Below the pieces are notes generated by a model that was not told the origin of the DNA, ran no database searches, and was given only the letters and a program-made list of their open reading frames with translations. A stretch of DNA of 38,106 nt from Basidioascus undulatus. Taxonomy: Eukaryota. This document shows positions 24,609-35,699 of this stretch, piece by piece. Where the stretch lies: NCBI GenBank assembly GCA_000826855.1, contig JTLS01000044.1:1-38106 (forward strand), in the 5' to 3' direction. Position 1 is the first letter of the stretch. Every line of letters begins with the position of its first letter. Both the position numbers and the translations under genes were made by a program.

Positions 24609-24826
24609 AGCGCCGTGCCAGGCTCCGTCTTCCCGCCCTTCCCGTTCATCGTCCGCGTGGGTGTTCTACTGGAAGCACAAGGGCGCGTGGAAGGTGGTAA
24701 CATCTCACAGCGCTGTGGTGTTAGAACGAGGATAGTGCTGATGTATCTGATTAACCCCAGTGCTGCGCTTACTTACATTATCCTCTGAAGAAAGCGCGCG
24801 ATCGGGCGCTTCCGGCGTGGGTGTAA
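24609..24826 (+). pseudogene. Relic of the last two exons of a hemerythrin-domain gene (inverted paralogue of 32700-34230)
   Basis: SAVPGSVFPPFPFIVR / WVFYWKHKGAWK | CCAYLHYPLKK...WV* matches SVPPGSVFPPFPFIVRKVLAPWVFYWKHKGAWK | YCAYPFKK...WS*. Same intron position, similar 3' flank (taaagcagc...aagtctttc), and a net 14-nt frameshifting deletion. Confidence 0.88.
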
Positions 24827-25089
24827 AGCAGCGTAACTACAAGTCTTTCACGTCGTTCTGGGGTCTCGTGGTCTTCTCTGTCTGTATACGGTCCGCGCAG
24901 TCTGTCTGCATTTTCTCGTCCTATGGCTTTGGGGCTGCTGGAGGTTATGGTCATTTTTGCACACGGACTGTGCCGAAGTGCACTTGCAGAGAGGAACAGA
25001 GAGGAGCGATCAGGCTGGCATCCACTCAGGACTGTGCCATATCGTTCAAGTGGAAAGACCACCTCAAAGACAAGCTACAGCATGCTTTC

Positions 25090-25447
25090 AGCACCAGACA
25101 ACCTCGATCTCGGACATCTCCAACAATCTAACGTCGTCCGGCAGCAGCGACTAAGCGAGCTTGATGAAGAACTGTGGACCGCCGACGATCCCATCAAAAC
25201 CCACTCGCGACCATCCCCTCACTCACGCTTGTCCTCACCTCTTTAGAGAAGGTCTCGGCATAGCCAGTGAGCACAATTTCGTACATGTAGGTGATCTCCG
25301 AACCCGCGCAGAAGTCGAGGAGAGTGCGCAGCCGCTGGGTGTGCGCCTCCTCGACTTGCGGCTGTGGAGGAGGATCACGTATTCTCCTGCTGGGATGCCA
25401 CGCAGCTCGTTCGTATGCCAGTTCGTTTGGCTCGTTTGGCGGACATG
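25090..25447 (-). pseudogene. Possible decayed gene remnant of unknown family
   Basis: Coding-like text QRLRTLLDFCAGSEITYMYEIVLTGYAETFSKE, a GTGAGG...CACAG intron, then FFIKLA*SLLPDDVRLLEMSEIEVV with stops. No family recognised. Confidence 0.25.
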
Positions 25448-25661
25448 TCTGCGAATCGTATGTATGGGGAAATGGCAAGCAGCGGCTGGCTCGAAGACGC
25501 GGGTCTCAATGTTGCGTCATCCGCGTGCGCGACCCTCGAGCGTTGAAGACCGTATCGAGACCTCCACCTCCTACGCTGCTCTCAGCTCTCTACCCTACCA
25601 TCCCAACAATCAACGCACTCCCATCAAGCACCATCATATACGCTTTCGCTCACCGCCGCCG

Positions 25662-28600
25662 ATGAGTCTCCTGTTCACGACGGCGCTTCCCGCAGGCGCA
25701 ACGACGCACGCGGCGCTCGGCTCGTTCGTCTCGCCCTCGACGGTCGAGCTCGTCCTCGCGCGGGGGAACGCGCTCGAGGTGCACTTGCTCACGCCCGATG
25801 AGGGGCTCAAGCTCGTGGGGCGGAGGAGCGTGAATGGGCGGGTCATGGGGCTCGAGAGGTTCAGAGGCAAGGTGCGTCAGTGGAAGCCAAAGCCAGGGTT
25901 GCTGCACCCAATTCCGTACTGACGATCCGCGTTGGCTGGACTGAGCAGGGCCGTTCAATCGACTCGCTCCTCCTCACGCTTGACCACCCGCTTCCGCAAC
26001 TCGTCTTCTTCTCCCTCTCCCCCGACTACACGCCCGTCCCCGACTCCTCCCTCGCGCTGCACGAGCGCGTCAGCGTGCCCTCCGACGTAGTTTGCACGTC
26101 CATCGTCGACCCGTCCGCCGGCATCGGACTCGCACACGTCTGGCAGGGCGACGTCAGGCTGTTCACCCTTCCTGGCGCGCCGGGGGCGGGCGGGAAAAAG
26201 GGGAAGGGCCGCGGGGCGAGGGGGGAGGTGGAGGATCGGAGCGTGCAGTGCGTGTCTTCCTCTACTCTGTTCCTTCTTGTAAGCCCTACTCACGCGTAAA
26301 GGATTTCACATTAAGAATCGACCAATCCTGTATCCTCTCCATGTGTTTCATCCCCTCCCATGCATCTTCCTCAGCAAACCCCATCTTCGCTGCCCTGCTC
26401 GCGTCCGACAATCCCTCCAAACCGCCTTACATCCGCTTCCGGCGTGTCCTTCCCGAGAAGCTAGACTTCACCGACCCGGGCGACCCGTACCCCGACGTTG
26501 AGTGCGTTCCCCGTGTTTCTCTCCCCGCCCCACAACCACATAGCCAGCTGCTCATGCTCTGCTCCCCACACAGAGTTTCAGACCACACCGCGCACCGCCT
26601 CGTCCCAGTCTCCGCCCTTCCCGGGGGCACAGCAGGGGGCGTTCTAGTCGTCGGGGAAGACCGCATAACCTTCTACGAGATCAAGCCTCCCCCCTCCTCC
26701 CGGCGCAGCAGTACAAAGGGGAAGCAGCGCGAGTCGATCGGCGGCAGCGGCGATAGACGACCGCGGGCGGTCACTGTAGATGTGGACTTCAGTGGTATTA
26801 CTGCGTGCGTCGCATTCCAAGGCGATAAGAGGGGGGAGAGGCTGACTGGGCGAGAGCGACGACAGGCACGCCTACCTCGACGAGGAGGACCACTCGCAGA
26901 TCCTGCTCGGGGACGAGTGGGGGACGCTGCACGTCCTCACGCTGCAGATCGACCAGGGCCGGGGCAGCGTGTCTGCGCTAGCGCTAGCGCTTTTGGGTCG
27001 GGTGCGTGCTTTCCTCCTCCCTTCCCTCCCTTCGCCCACCCCCACCGGAAACTGACACACTGCCCGCAGATCAATTCCCCCACGACGCTGACCTACCTCG
27101 GCGCAGGCTACCTGCACGTCGGCTCCGTCTCCGGTGACGCGCAGCTCGTGCGCCTGCACGCCGAGCCGGTCGCGCAGGGCGAGGAGGAAGGCGAGGCGGG
27201 GCACGTGGAGGTTGTGGACTCGCAGACGAGCCTCGCACCGATCTCGGATCTTGTTGTGTCGAGTGCGGATGGGATGGGGCAGGTGCGTCTGGTCTGAGGA
27301 CGAGTGGAACCGGGAGAGAGGCGCTGATGAGGGGATGGGGATGGGGCGGGGGCGGATGACAGGGCCAGGTCGTTACGTGCTCCGGGCTGCGCACGAGCGG
27401 CTCGCTTAGGGTAGTCCGGAGCGGTGTGGGCGTGCAGGAGTTGGCGGAGGTGGACGTGCCCAACGCGACGGGGGTGTGGCCCTTGCGACTGGATCCCTCT
27501 CGACCGTGAGTATCCCCTATCCCACACCATCTCCCTCTCCTCCCCTCTCCTCACCCTTTCCTGTTGCAGGAAATCCCACTCGCACATCCTCCTCTCCTTC
27601 CCCACCTCCACCCGGCTTTTCCTTGCGCCCTCAGACACCTCCCCCGAATTCGCGGAGCTCCCGCCCACCGCGCACGCGCACATCGACCGCGCCCACCGCA
27701 CACTCGCAGCGGGCGAGCGGGGCACCGTGCACGTGACGCCTGCGCGGGTAACGCTCGGCGATCCCGCGCGGGGGGAGGTGCTGGCGAGCTGGGAGCCTGC
27801 GCGCGTGGACGGGCGGGAGATCACGGTTGCGGATGTATGCGAGGGGGGGGAGGAGTCGCAGGCGCGCGTGGCTCTCAGCGTGCAGGGGAGGGGAATCGTC
27901 TTGCTGGAAGTGAGGGGGAAGGAACTCGTGCAGGTCAAGTGCGTTGCGGGTCCTTGCCCGTGGCTTTTACGCAACGCCCTATCTGACTCGTTTGTTGCGC
28001 CCGCAGCCACAAGCTTACCGCTGAGGACGTCTCCGCCCTCTCGCTCACGGCAACACACCTCGCCGCCGGGTTCTGGGGGTCCTTCGCGCTCACGCTCTCG
28101 GACGTCCCCACGCTGCGGCCGACGCTGGGCAGCGTAGACGCGCCGCTCGCGCATGAGCGGGCCCTCCCGCGCTCGCTCGCCCTGAGTTCACTCGGCGGTG
28201 GGCAGCCCCGCCTCCTCGTCGGCCTCGGGGACGGGTCGCTCGTCGAGCACCTCCGCGGCGAGCGGCGCGCCGTCAGCTTGGGGAGCCTGCCCGTGCGCCT
28301 CGTCCAGAGAAGGGAGGACGTCGTTGCGCTTAGTGAGAGGCCGAGCATTGTGGGGGTGCGCGATGGGCGGCTCGTGCATTCGCCGGTCAATTTGAAGGTG
28401 CGGATGGACGTCCTTGTCCTGTACTTTTTTATCTTCTCCCAAGCAGCGGCACGATCTTTTGTCGTGCTGTGGGCTGACTCGGCGCGGGCATTGGAACAGG
28501 ACGTGACCGCCCTCGCGCCCATCCACGTCGCGGCCGCATTCGAAGACGCCGTCGTCTTCGTGACGCCGACGCAGCTGCGCTTCGCGCGGCTCGATTACGC

Positions 28601-30340
28601 GCAGAAGCTGCAAGTGCGCACGGTCCCGCTCGGGAACGACGTCCCGCGGCGGATCGCGCACGACGACGTGTCGAAGGTGTATGCTGTCGGGGTGGACCGC
28701 TCCGAGTGGAACTCGCCTACCCACGACGTCGACGTCCAGGGCGCGGTGTGCTTCTTTGATGCGGGGCTGTCGCGTCCGTCTTCCCTCCTTCTTGTCGGAA
28801 AGAAGGTAGTGGTGGTACTGAGATGAGATGTGGGGCGCGGTATGGGATGGGACAGTCACAGCCCGCTTCGACCTCAAGCCCTCCGAGCGCGTCGCGAGCT
28901 TGGGCGTCCTGTCCCTCGCGCCCGCGTCGCCGCACCGGTTCTTTGTCGTCGGTACGGCGATCCAGCGCGCCCCGGACGAGCAGCAGTGCGCCGAGGGCCG
29001 CGTGCTCGTCTTTGGCGCGGCGGCCGGGCCAGGGGCCGACGCGGGGCTCGTCGCAGAGGCGACTGTTGGCGGGGCGGTGTATGATGTTGTCGGGTGGCAG
29101 GGGAGGTTGGTGGTGGCTGTTAATTCGAAGGTGAGTGGTGAAGAGGAAAGGGGGGAGGGGTGCGGAAGGGTGGATGGCTCATTGAGGGAAGGAGGACGGG
29201 AACAGGTTATCGCCTTCAACCTTGCGCTCGAGGCGGGGGCGGAACTGCAGAGCATCGGATCATGGGTGCATGCTCGATTGTCCTCCAAGAAGAGTATCTC
29301 TCAGCCCTTGCTGACTGGTCACATCACCGTTCTCCAGGGCAACTCCTTTATCGTCTCCCAGCTTGTCGCGGCTGGCGTCCGCCTCGTCGTGGGCGACTAC
29401 CTCCGCTCTGCGGTCGTCCTGCGCTGGAAGGACGGAAAGTTCGAAGAGGTCGCGCGCGACTCGGCTTCGCGCTGGATTACGGCGCTAAGCGTGAGTTCGC
29501 ATCTTCTAACACAAAGAAAGAGCAGGTCCTGAGCTTATGTCGCTGGATGTTCAGGTTCTTGGTGAAGATGACCTGCGGATTATCGGAGCGGACATCAGTT
29601 TTAATGTCTTTGCGCTGCGACAGGTGAGTGCGCTGCGCGAATGCGTGTGTCCAGGGACCCTGTTTCTGAGGCAGGTGCGCGAGCGAGAAGCCTAGCCATA
29701 AACTAGAGACTGCAGCGCGCTTCCAGCTGGGCGAGGGTGTCTCGCGATTCCGCGCAGGTATGTTGCGCTCTTTCTCTTCATTCCTCCTCTCCGCTCCATC
29801 AACTGACGGTCCGCTCCAACAGGCTCGCTCGCTTCCACGCAAACCGCCGCAGTCGGGCATGCGCTCGTCACCCCGCGCCTGGTGTACGGGACCGCGACGG
29901 GCGCGCTCGGCGTCGTCGCGGACGTGGCGCAGAGCGAGGCAGAAGTACTGCAGCGATTGCAGAGCAACCTCGCTCAGGCGATCCCACCCATCGGAGCGGA
30001 GTACGAGGAGTGGAGAAAGTACCGCTCGCAGGCGAAGGTCGAGGACGCAGCGGGCGTGTTAGACGGTGGGTCGCGCTCACCCCCCTGCTGTCCTTTTTCC
30101 GTTTCGCTAGCGCTTCCGAAGCTGAAACGACTATGTGTTTGGAACGCAGGCGACCTCCTGGCGCAGCTGCTTGACCTCGCACCCGCGGCGGACGAGATGG
30201 CTGTGTCCGGATCGGAGGGCGCCGACGACCGCGCGGCCAGGCTGAAGCTCGCCCTCAGCGGCAGGCGCGAGGCGGAGAAGCTGGACACGGAGCTCGGGGA
30301 GCTCGTTTCTCTCGTGGAGGAGCTGTCGCATGTGGTTTGA
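25662..30340 (+). CDS. DDB1: DNA damage-binding protein 1 (CUL4 adaptor; MMS1_N + CPSF_A beta-propellers), multi-exon
   Basis: LVLARGNALEV, LTYLGAGYLHVGSVSGDAQLV, SLAPISDL, QVVTCSG...GSLRVVRSGVG, KLQVRTVPLG..PRRIAH, LVVGDYLRS, EEVARD, ARFQLGEGVSRFRAGSL, YGTATGALGVV, LDGDLL. ATG 25662, TGA 30338-30340. Confidence 0.9.
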
Positions 30341-31374
30341 AGGGCGTTGATATCATATTTGCATGCATTCGGTCTGTTTCTATATCATATGCATTGTTGG
30401 GCTGTGATACCGCTGTGATGGCGGCTGTTGCATTGCCTGTTAGTGTGTTGAGATGCACAGATGAGTTCAGCGGGCGGCGGTCCATCTTCGCCTGGGCTTC
30501 CCGTTTCGTCGCTTCACCTGGTCATTTTCCAGCAGTTCCCCACTCGCGCCTTGGGGAACACCAGTGAAGGGTAGTGCTCCGGTAAGCTCTGAAATTCAAA
30601 GGGGAAACAAACGCCATACGCATAGGCAATCTCGCAACTTTCCATCTTCCCTGGAGAATGTCGCCCCTTGCTTGCCTCAAATTTCAAGCCCGAGCTCAGT
30701 CAACACTTGTGCTTTGTAAATAATGCGCCGAAGACCGGGTCGCTTCATGGGCGAAGGGCTCCTCCGTCGGTGGAGAGCGCAACGAGGGTGTGGCTAGTTT
30801 ACTCGTGCAAGTACACGAGCACCGTTCTTGCCACTGTACAAGCCGCAGATCATGGAGGGTCAGGCTCCAGAACAGGCCGAACCGCTGTTGTTCAGTGAGA
30901 TGCTTTACCAAACGTGTTGGTAGCGAGCAGGGAGTTTTAGACTGCCCCAGCCTCGACGTCTGCCGGACCTGTGCAGTTTGACAGTGATTGCGAGGGTTTC
31001 GTGCGTTTCATAATAATGACTTGGTGTGTGTTTGGGTGTGTGTGTTACGAAAGAGGAAATAAAATGGCACCTCGAGCCCGCTTCGCGTGCAAGGAGAGTT
31101 GTTTAGATGTGCCAAAACTTTCGCAGAAATGAGCCAGTGCACAAGGAGTGTCACCGACATAATGAGAAGTTACAGTTGGCGCTTTGAAGAACTAACAGCC
31201 ATCTACCGCTACAGCAGTTCCGCGATCTAAGGTTGCGAACTGGTTGTGTGCCCGGTCGTCGACGCGGCGTACCTGCGCAGATCTCGTTGCTCCTTCCTCC
31301 ATCTACTCATACTCCTACATCTCGAGCTCCAGACTAATGCCTGGCATGCCCAAATCCCGAACCTTTGCCTTTTC

Positions 31375-32367
31375 AGCCCCCTGGCCCATCGCCTGGATGC
31401 GGACCATTATCGTCTCTCGCATTTCGCCCCACCTTTCGCAGGATTCGTTCGTGCAGGTTTGCTCGGTTCGGCAGCGTGTCAGTGACCGCTATGCCAGTCC
31501 CTGCTCATCCCAGCCGTACTTCTAACTCTAAGATGTCCTAAAGAGCACATATCAGCTCGAGACGGGGGCCACCACCTCTCGAACAAGCGGCGCGCGATCG
31601 TCGAGTTCGCGACCACGGACGAGGCTCATCTCGCCTGCCAGAAGCGCGTCGGGCTTGGCGAGGAGGGATTCGTGTTGATCGCTTCTCCAGAAAACATGCT
31701 GGTGCGGGCGTACAAGACGAAGAAGCACAGGAAGGCCTTTCGGCGCGCGAGGGACGAGTTCGAGCGCGTGCAGGCGTCGAGGACGCTGCAGCTTTACGAG
31801 GGATTCAACTCGATCCAGCTTCGTCACAGCCCAGCGCTTCCGAGGGGGAACACTGAAGAGGGCTTTGGACCGGATTTCAAACGGTCCGCTGGCCTTTTGT
31901 GGGGCTCGACGGGCGGAGGACGTACGCCGCGACCTGCGGACGGTTGTACTGCCCCCGGGACCAGCACCGCCTGGGACGGATCAGTCTCCCTTGCGACCTT
32001 CCGTCGTTCCACCCACGGCGGCTTCTCCGCTCTCACAGTCTCCATTCTCTCCTCGGGGTGGGACAACCGACACCTGCGCCCCACCACCAGCCTCCGGCCT
32101 GCTTTCTCCACGCCCTACGGCCGCCCCGATTCGCTTCGCTCTGCCTTCCTGCCAATCCGCAATCACGACGCCTCCGCTCGGACTGTCTCCTGTTTTTCTT
32201 CTTTCGAACAAGCGGAACTCCCTGGTACCTCTATTCCCAACCGTTCGACAGTCTCACCGCCATCGGCCTCTGCATTGCTGAAGAGCGAGCGTGCGGCCTC
32301 CAAGTCGACGCCGGATTCCTCGATGGACTCCTCCACCGCATGGGTGCATGCTGGGGTGGGGGTATAG
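31375..32367 (+). pseudogene. Degenerate RRM-like gene
   Basis: RNP2-like RTIIVSRISPHLSQDSF, an intron, PYF*L*DV with two TAA stops, then in a shifted frame RNP1-like KRRAIVEFATTDEAHLAC running into the 31672-32367 ORF with a Ser/Pro-rich tail. An alternative stop-free splice frame cannot be excluded. Confidence 0.4.
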
Positions 32368-32699
32368 CTTTTCAGTCAGCGATGCACCGCTTTCGATCGA
32401 TGGAATGATACTTGAGGCCGCGCTGTATTTAGCTATTTTATGGCATCTCGTTTGCCTGGTAGCGAGTGCTTCAATAGACCGTGCGTAGTCGGCCAATCTG
32501 GACCATGTGTACTGCAAAGCCAACTTGTCGATGTTTCTCGTCGCGTGCCTGTCTGAGCTGTCGAAACGTATCTCGCACACGGTCTATGTGCGAGCCCCAA
32601 AACAGTTTCATGACCTCCATCCAATATAAATCGACAGTGTAAGAAATTGCAAACGTTACAAGTACACGAGAGAACGATACGAAAGACTTCCAGGCTGCT

Positions 32700-34230
32700 T
32701 TACGACCATGTCGGGACTGAGCGGGCTTGCTTCTTGAACGGGTAAGCGCAGTACTGGGTTTTGATCAATCAATCAGCATCATACACCTTCTCAGACGAAC
32801 CCAGTAGGCGATATTGCTGACCTTCCAAGCTCCCTTGTGCTTCCAGTAGAACACCCATGGCGCCAGCACTTTGCGGACAATGAAGGGGAAGGGCGGGAAG
32901 ACCGAGCCTGGGGGAACGCTCTGTTGGAATTTGTAGGGAGTCTAAGTCAGAACTCCCTTTCAGTTTGAATGAGGGCCAGCGTAGTTACTGACCTGCAGCG
33001 AGAGCGGAAGGAACGTGAAAGGGTTGTGCTTCTTCAGCGCGGCCTCCACGTCGGCCTGGATCTTGTTGAGCTCGCTCCCGGAGAAGTGTACCCGGAGCTG
33101 AAAATGGAATAGAAAAATTTGAGGGCTGGTGTCGGTCTGGTTCGATCGTATTGGCGGACAGACCTTGCCAGCCTCGAGCGTGTCGAGCTCGTCAGACATG
33201 TGCGACAGCATTGGTGGGAGAGTCGCATCGATCTACAGCGGTCCCCACGAAAATTAGATCAACTAAACAGAGAAGGGGGACGGTATCCAAAAAAACGGAA
33301 CTCAGGCTCACCTTCTCGCGGAAAGTAGTAGCGTTGAAAGTCGACGGCTTCGCGGGGTCGGTCGAGCGGATGTAGGCGAGGAGGTCCTCCACCTAACGAA
33401 CCCGTGGCCGTGATCAGCAGAGATATTTGAAGGAGTTGAGGATGCAAGAGAACTACCTGAGGCAAGAACGACTTTTGCGGCTCCCTGTTCTGCGAGAGCG
33501 ACAGGCGCTCCTCGATAGGCGGGAAGTAGACCGTCTCCTCCGTGTCGTGGTGCTCCTGTGCAGTTTAGCGTGAGTCCGTCAGAAATTCAGAGAACTTAGA
33601 AGAATTGGGTGAGGTTAAAGGGAGGAGACCCACCTCCAGGCACAGCATGACCTCCTCGGCATACTTGCGGAAGTGCTTGAAGTCGCTCGGCTCGAACTTG
33701 TCCGCCCACCAGTATAGCGACTTCCACTGCATCCGCCCACGAGAAATATTAGTCCACCGTTGACATGATGTGGCAGGCAGCGAAGGTATCGGACCTGGTT
33801 GAGGCTGTTGTGACGAAACGCAAGGCCGTCGCGTCAGCCACTGCGCAATACATCGACGCTGAAGGACGCGGTCTTACAGCATTTTATGGATCCTTAAAAT
33901 GTACTCCTCTCAGTGAGCTCGAAATCCTTCTCAAATCCCGAGAGCCAGGCGCACCACCCCATCTGCCACGCCTGATGCTCGAACGCATCATGCGGCATCT
34001 TGTCCGTCGCCGCGTCCCTTCCCATCCCACGCACAAACGACTGCGTCAGCTTCCTCCTTCCTGCCAAAGCGCATGGGGACAGAGAGACACCTGACGACTC
34101 ACAGGAGCTTCTGGCACGCCGCGCGGGCCTCGGGGAGGTCAAACGCGCCCCACTCGGACGGCGCGCCGTGCAGCCGGGGCTTCTCGGTGCCGGGGGAGGA
34201 GGCGGAGGAGGAGAACGAGGAGGAAGCCAT
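32700..34230 (-). CDS. Hemerythrin-like (HHE cation-binding domain) protein, 11 exons
   Basis: Spliced product MASSS...QMGWIHKMLLNQWKSLY...LEEHHDTEETVYFPPIEE...SHMSDELDTLE...FPPFPFIVR...YWKHKGAWKYCAY. Includes microexons 33892-33878 (15 nt) and 33804-33795 (10 nt). TAA at 32702-32700. Confidence 0.85.
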
Positions 34231-35382
34231 GGGTTGTGAGCAAACTCGAGTGTGTGTGTATGAGTCGGCTTGCGAACGCGGAGTTGGATCTCTCGGAGAC
34301 GGTAGGTGAACAGAGCGAGACGACTGGCCACCCCGCTCCTTTTATCACAGGCCCAAATTCACATCCCGCCAACGTGAATGCTGAGTTTTGCTTTTGAATG
34401 GGGAGCGCCCAGCCTGTTCGCTCGCCTGAAGCGGAGGTACTTGCCCCTGCCTCTTGGCGGGCGAAAAGAATGAATGGCACGCAGCAGCTGGGAGCTGGTT
34501 TGTGACTGCTGTCGACTGAATGCCATGCGGCTGAGACATCGGATCCATCTGCCTGTTCGCTTGCGCTATCAAGCCTACCTTTCGCAGTTTTGCAATGGGT
34601 CGTTGCGATTCAGTGGGGTTGAATTGGGAGGAAATGTGGGGTTCGTGATTGGCCGAGGAGGGAAGAGGGCTGTGGAGTGAGGTTTGAAAGCTCGTGGAGC
34701 GACCAGCAGCGGTGGAGACCGTTTTTCACAGACCCTCTGTTCAAGGTTCAAGGTTGATGCGGTTGATGTAAGTTGCCCATGCCTTTATTTTTCAAACTTT
34801 GTTTCTAACAATGGCCCTCCAGTGCCTTAGCAGCCTGCCGGGGAGAGACATCCACGGTACAAGGAAACAATGGGTACTCGGTCCCGTCTTGCCTTCCGCT
34901 TGGGATGCTACCATACTGTGCCATAGACGTAAAATTCAATCCTCGAGCAAGGTCTATATTGCAGGCTGTATTGCACACAGTACTGGAAATACTTACAGTC
35001 ACCCACAGTAAATCCTCGCGTACGGCACGGTACGCTCGCGGCGCTGGTTGCTGGCTGCTCAGAGAACGGAGATGCCATTCCCGCTCGAAAACCTTCCATT
35101 TTCTTTTTGGCAGTTGAGTTTGCCAGAGACGAAAAGAAAACGAAACACAATTTCGCATCTCCTAGTGCGCAGACTGCCCTGCCAGCAACGTCAGTCACTG
35201 GACGGAGTATCTGGGCCGTCCAGCCGCAGCTTCAGGTGATGGAAATGCCTGATTCACCCAGGAATCATGATCTACTCGTCTACTTCGCTCCAGCAGGCCT
35301 GCCGTCGCTCTCCTGCGTTCCCACCATCCCCCCTCCTCCCCATTCCCCTCCAAGACCTTCCCCTTCCTTCCCCTCCTTTTCA

Positions 35383-35413
35383 CCCAGCAAGCCCAGCAAG
35401 CCCAGCAAGCCCA
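35383..35413. repeat. 9-bp tandem repeat (CCCAGCAAG) x about 3.4
   Basis: cccagcaag cccagcaag cccagcaag ccca, read directly, in the low-complexity region downstream of TMEM19. Confidence 0.85.
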
Positions 35414-35699
35414 ACGCCCCCCACGCCGACCCAGGGCCCAAACCCGCGCTGGCCAAAAAGAACTTCATCCATCTCCCGTCTCCCGTCTCCCCCATATCGC
35501 AATCCTAGGCCCTCGATCCCCGATCCTCAGTCTCCGTCCTACCCCAGTCCCTACCCGCGCCCCCAGACCCGCCGCAGCGTCTTCGTCCCTAGTCCAGCAC
35601 CTCACTCTGTTCATGTAGCCTCCATACCCGCCATCCCCATCCTCCACCAAGCTCTCCCCCTCCATCCTGACGTCCAGCCGAACGACATAAACCGACCCC

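Noticed and set aside
5406..30340. Ubiquitin-ligase gene cluster (F-box genes plus DDB1)
   Set aside because: F-box proteins serve SCF/CUL1 while DDB1 serves CUL4. The F-box copies look decayed, and unrelated genes lie between them.
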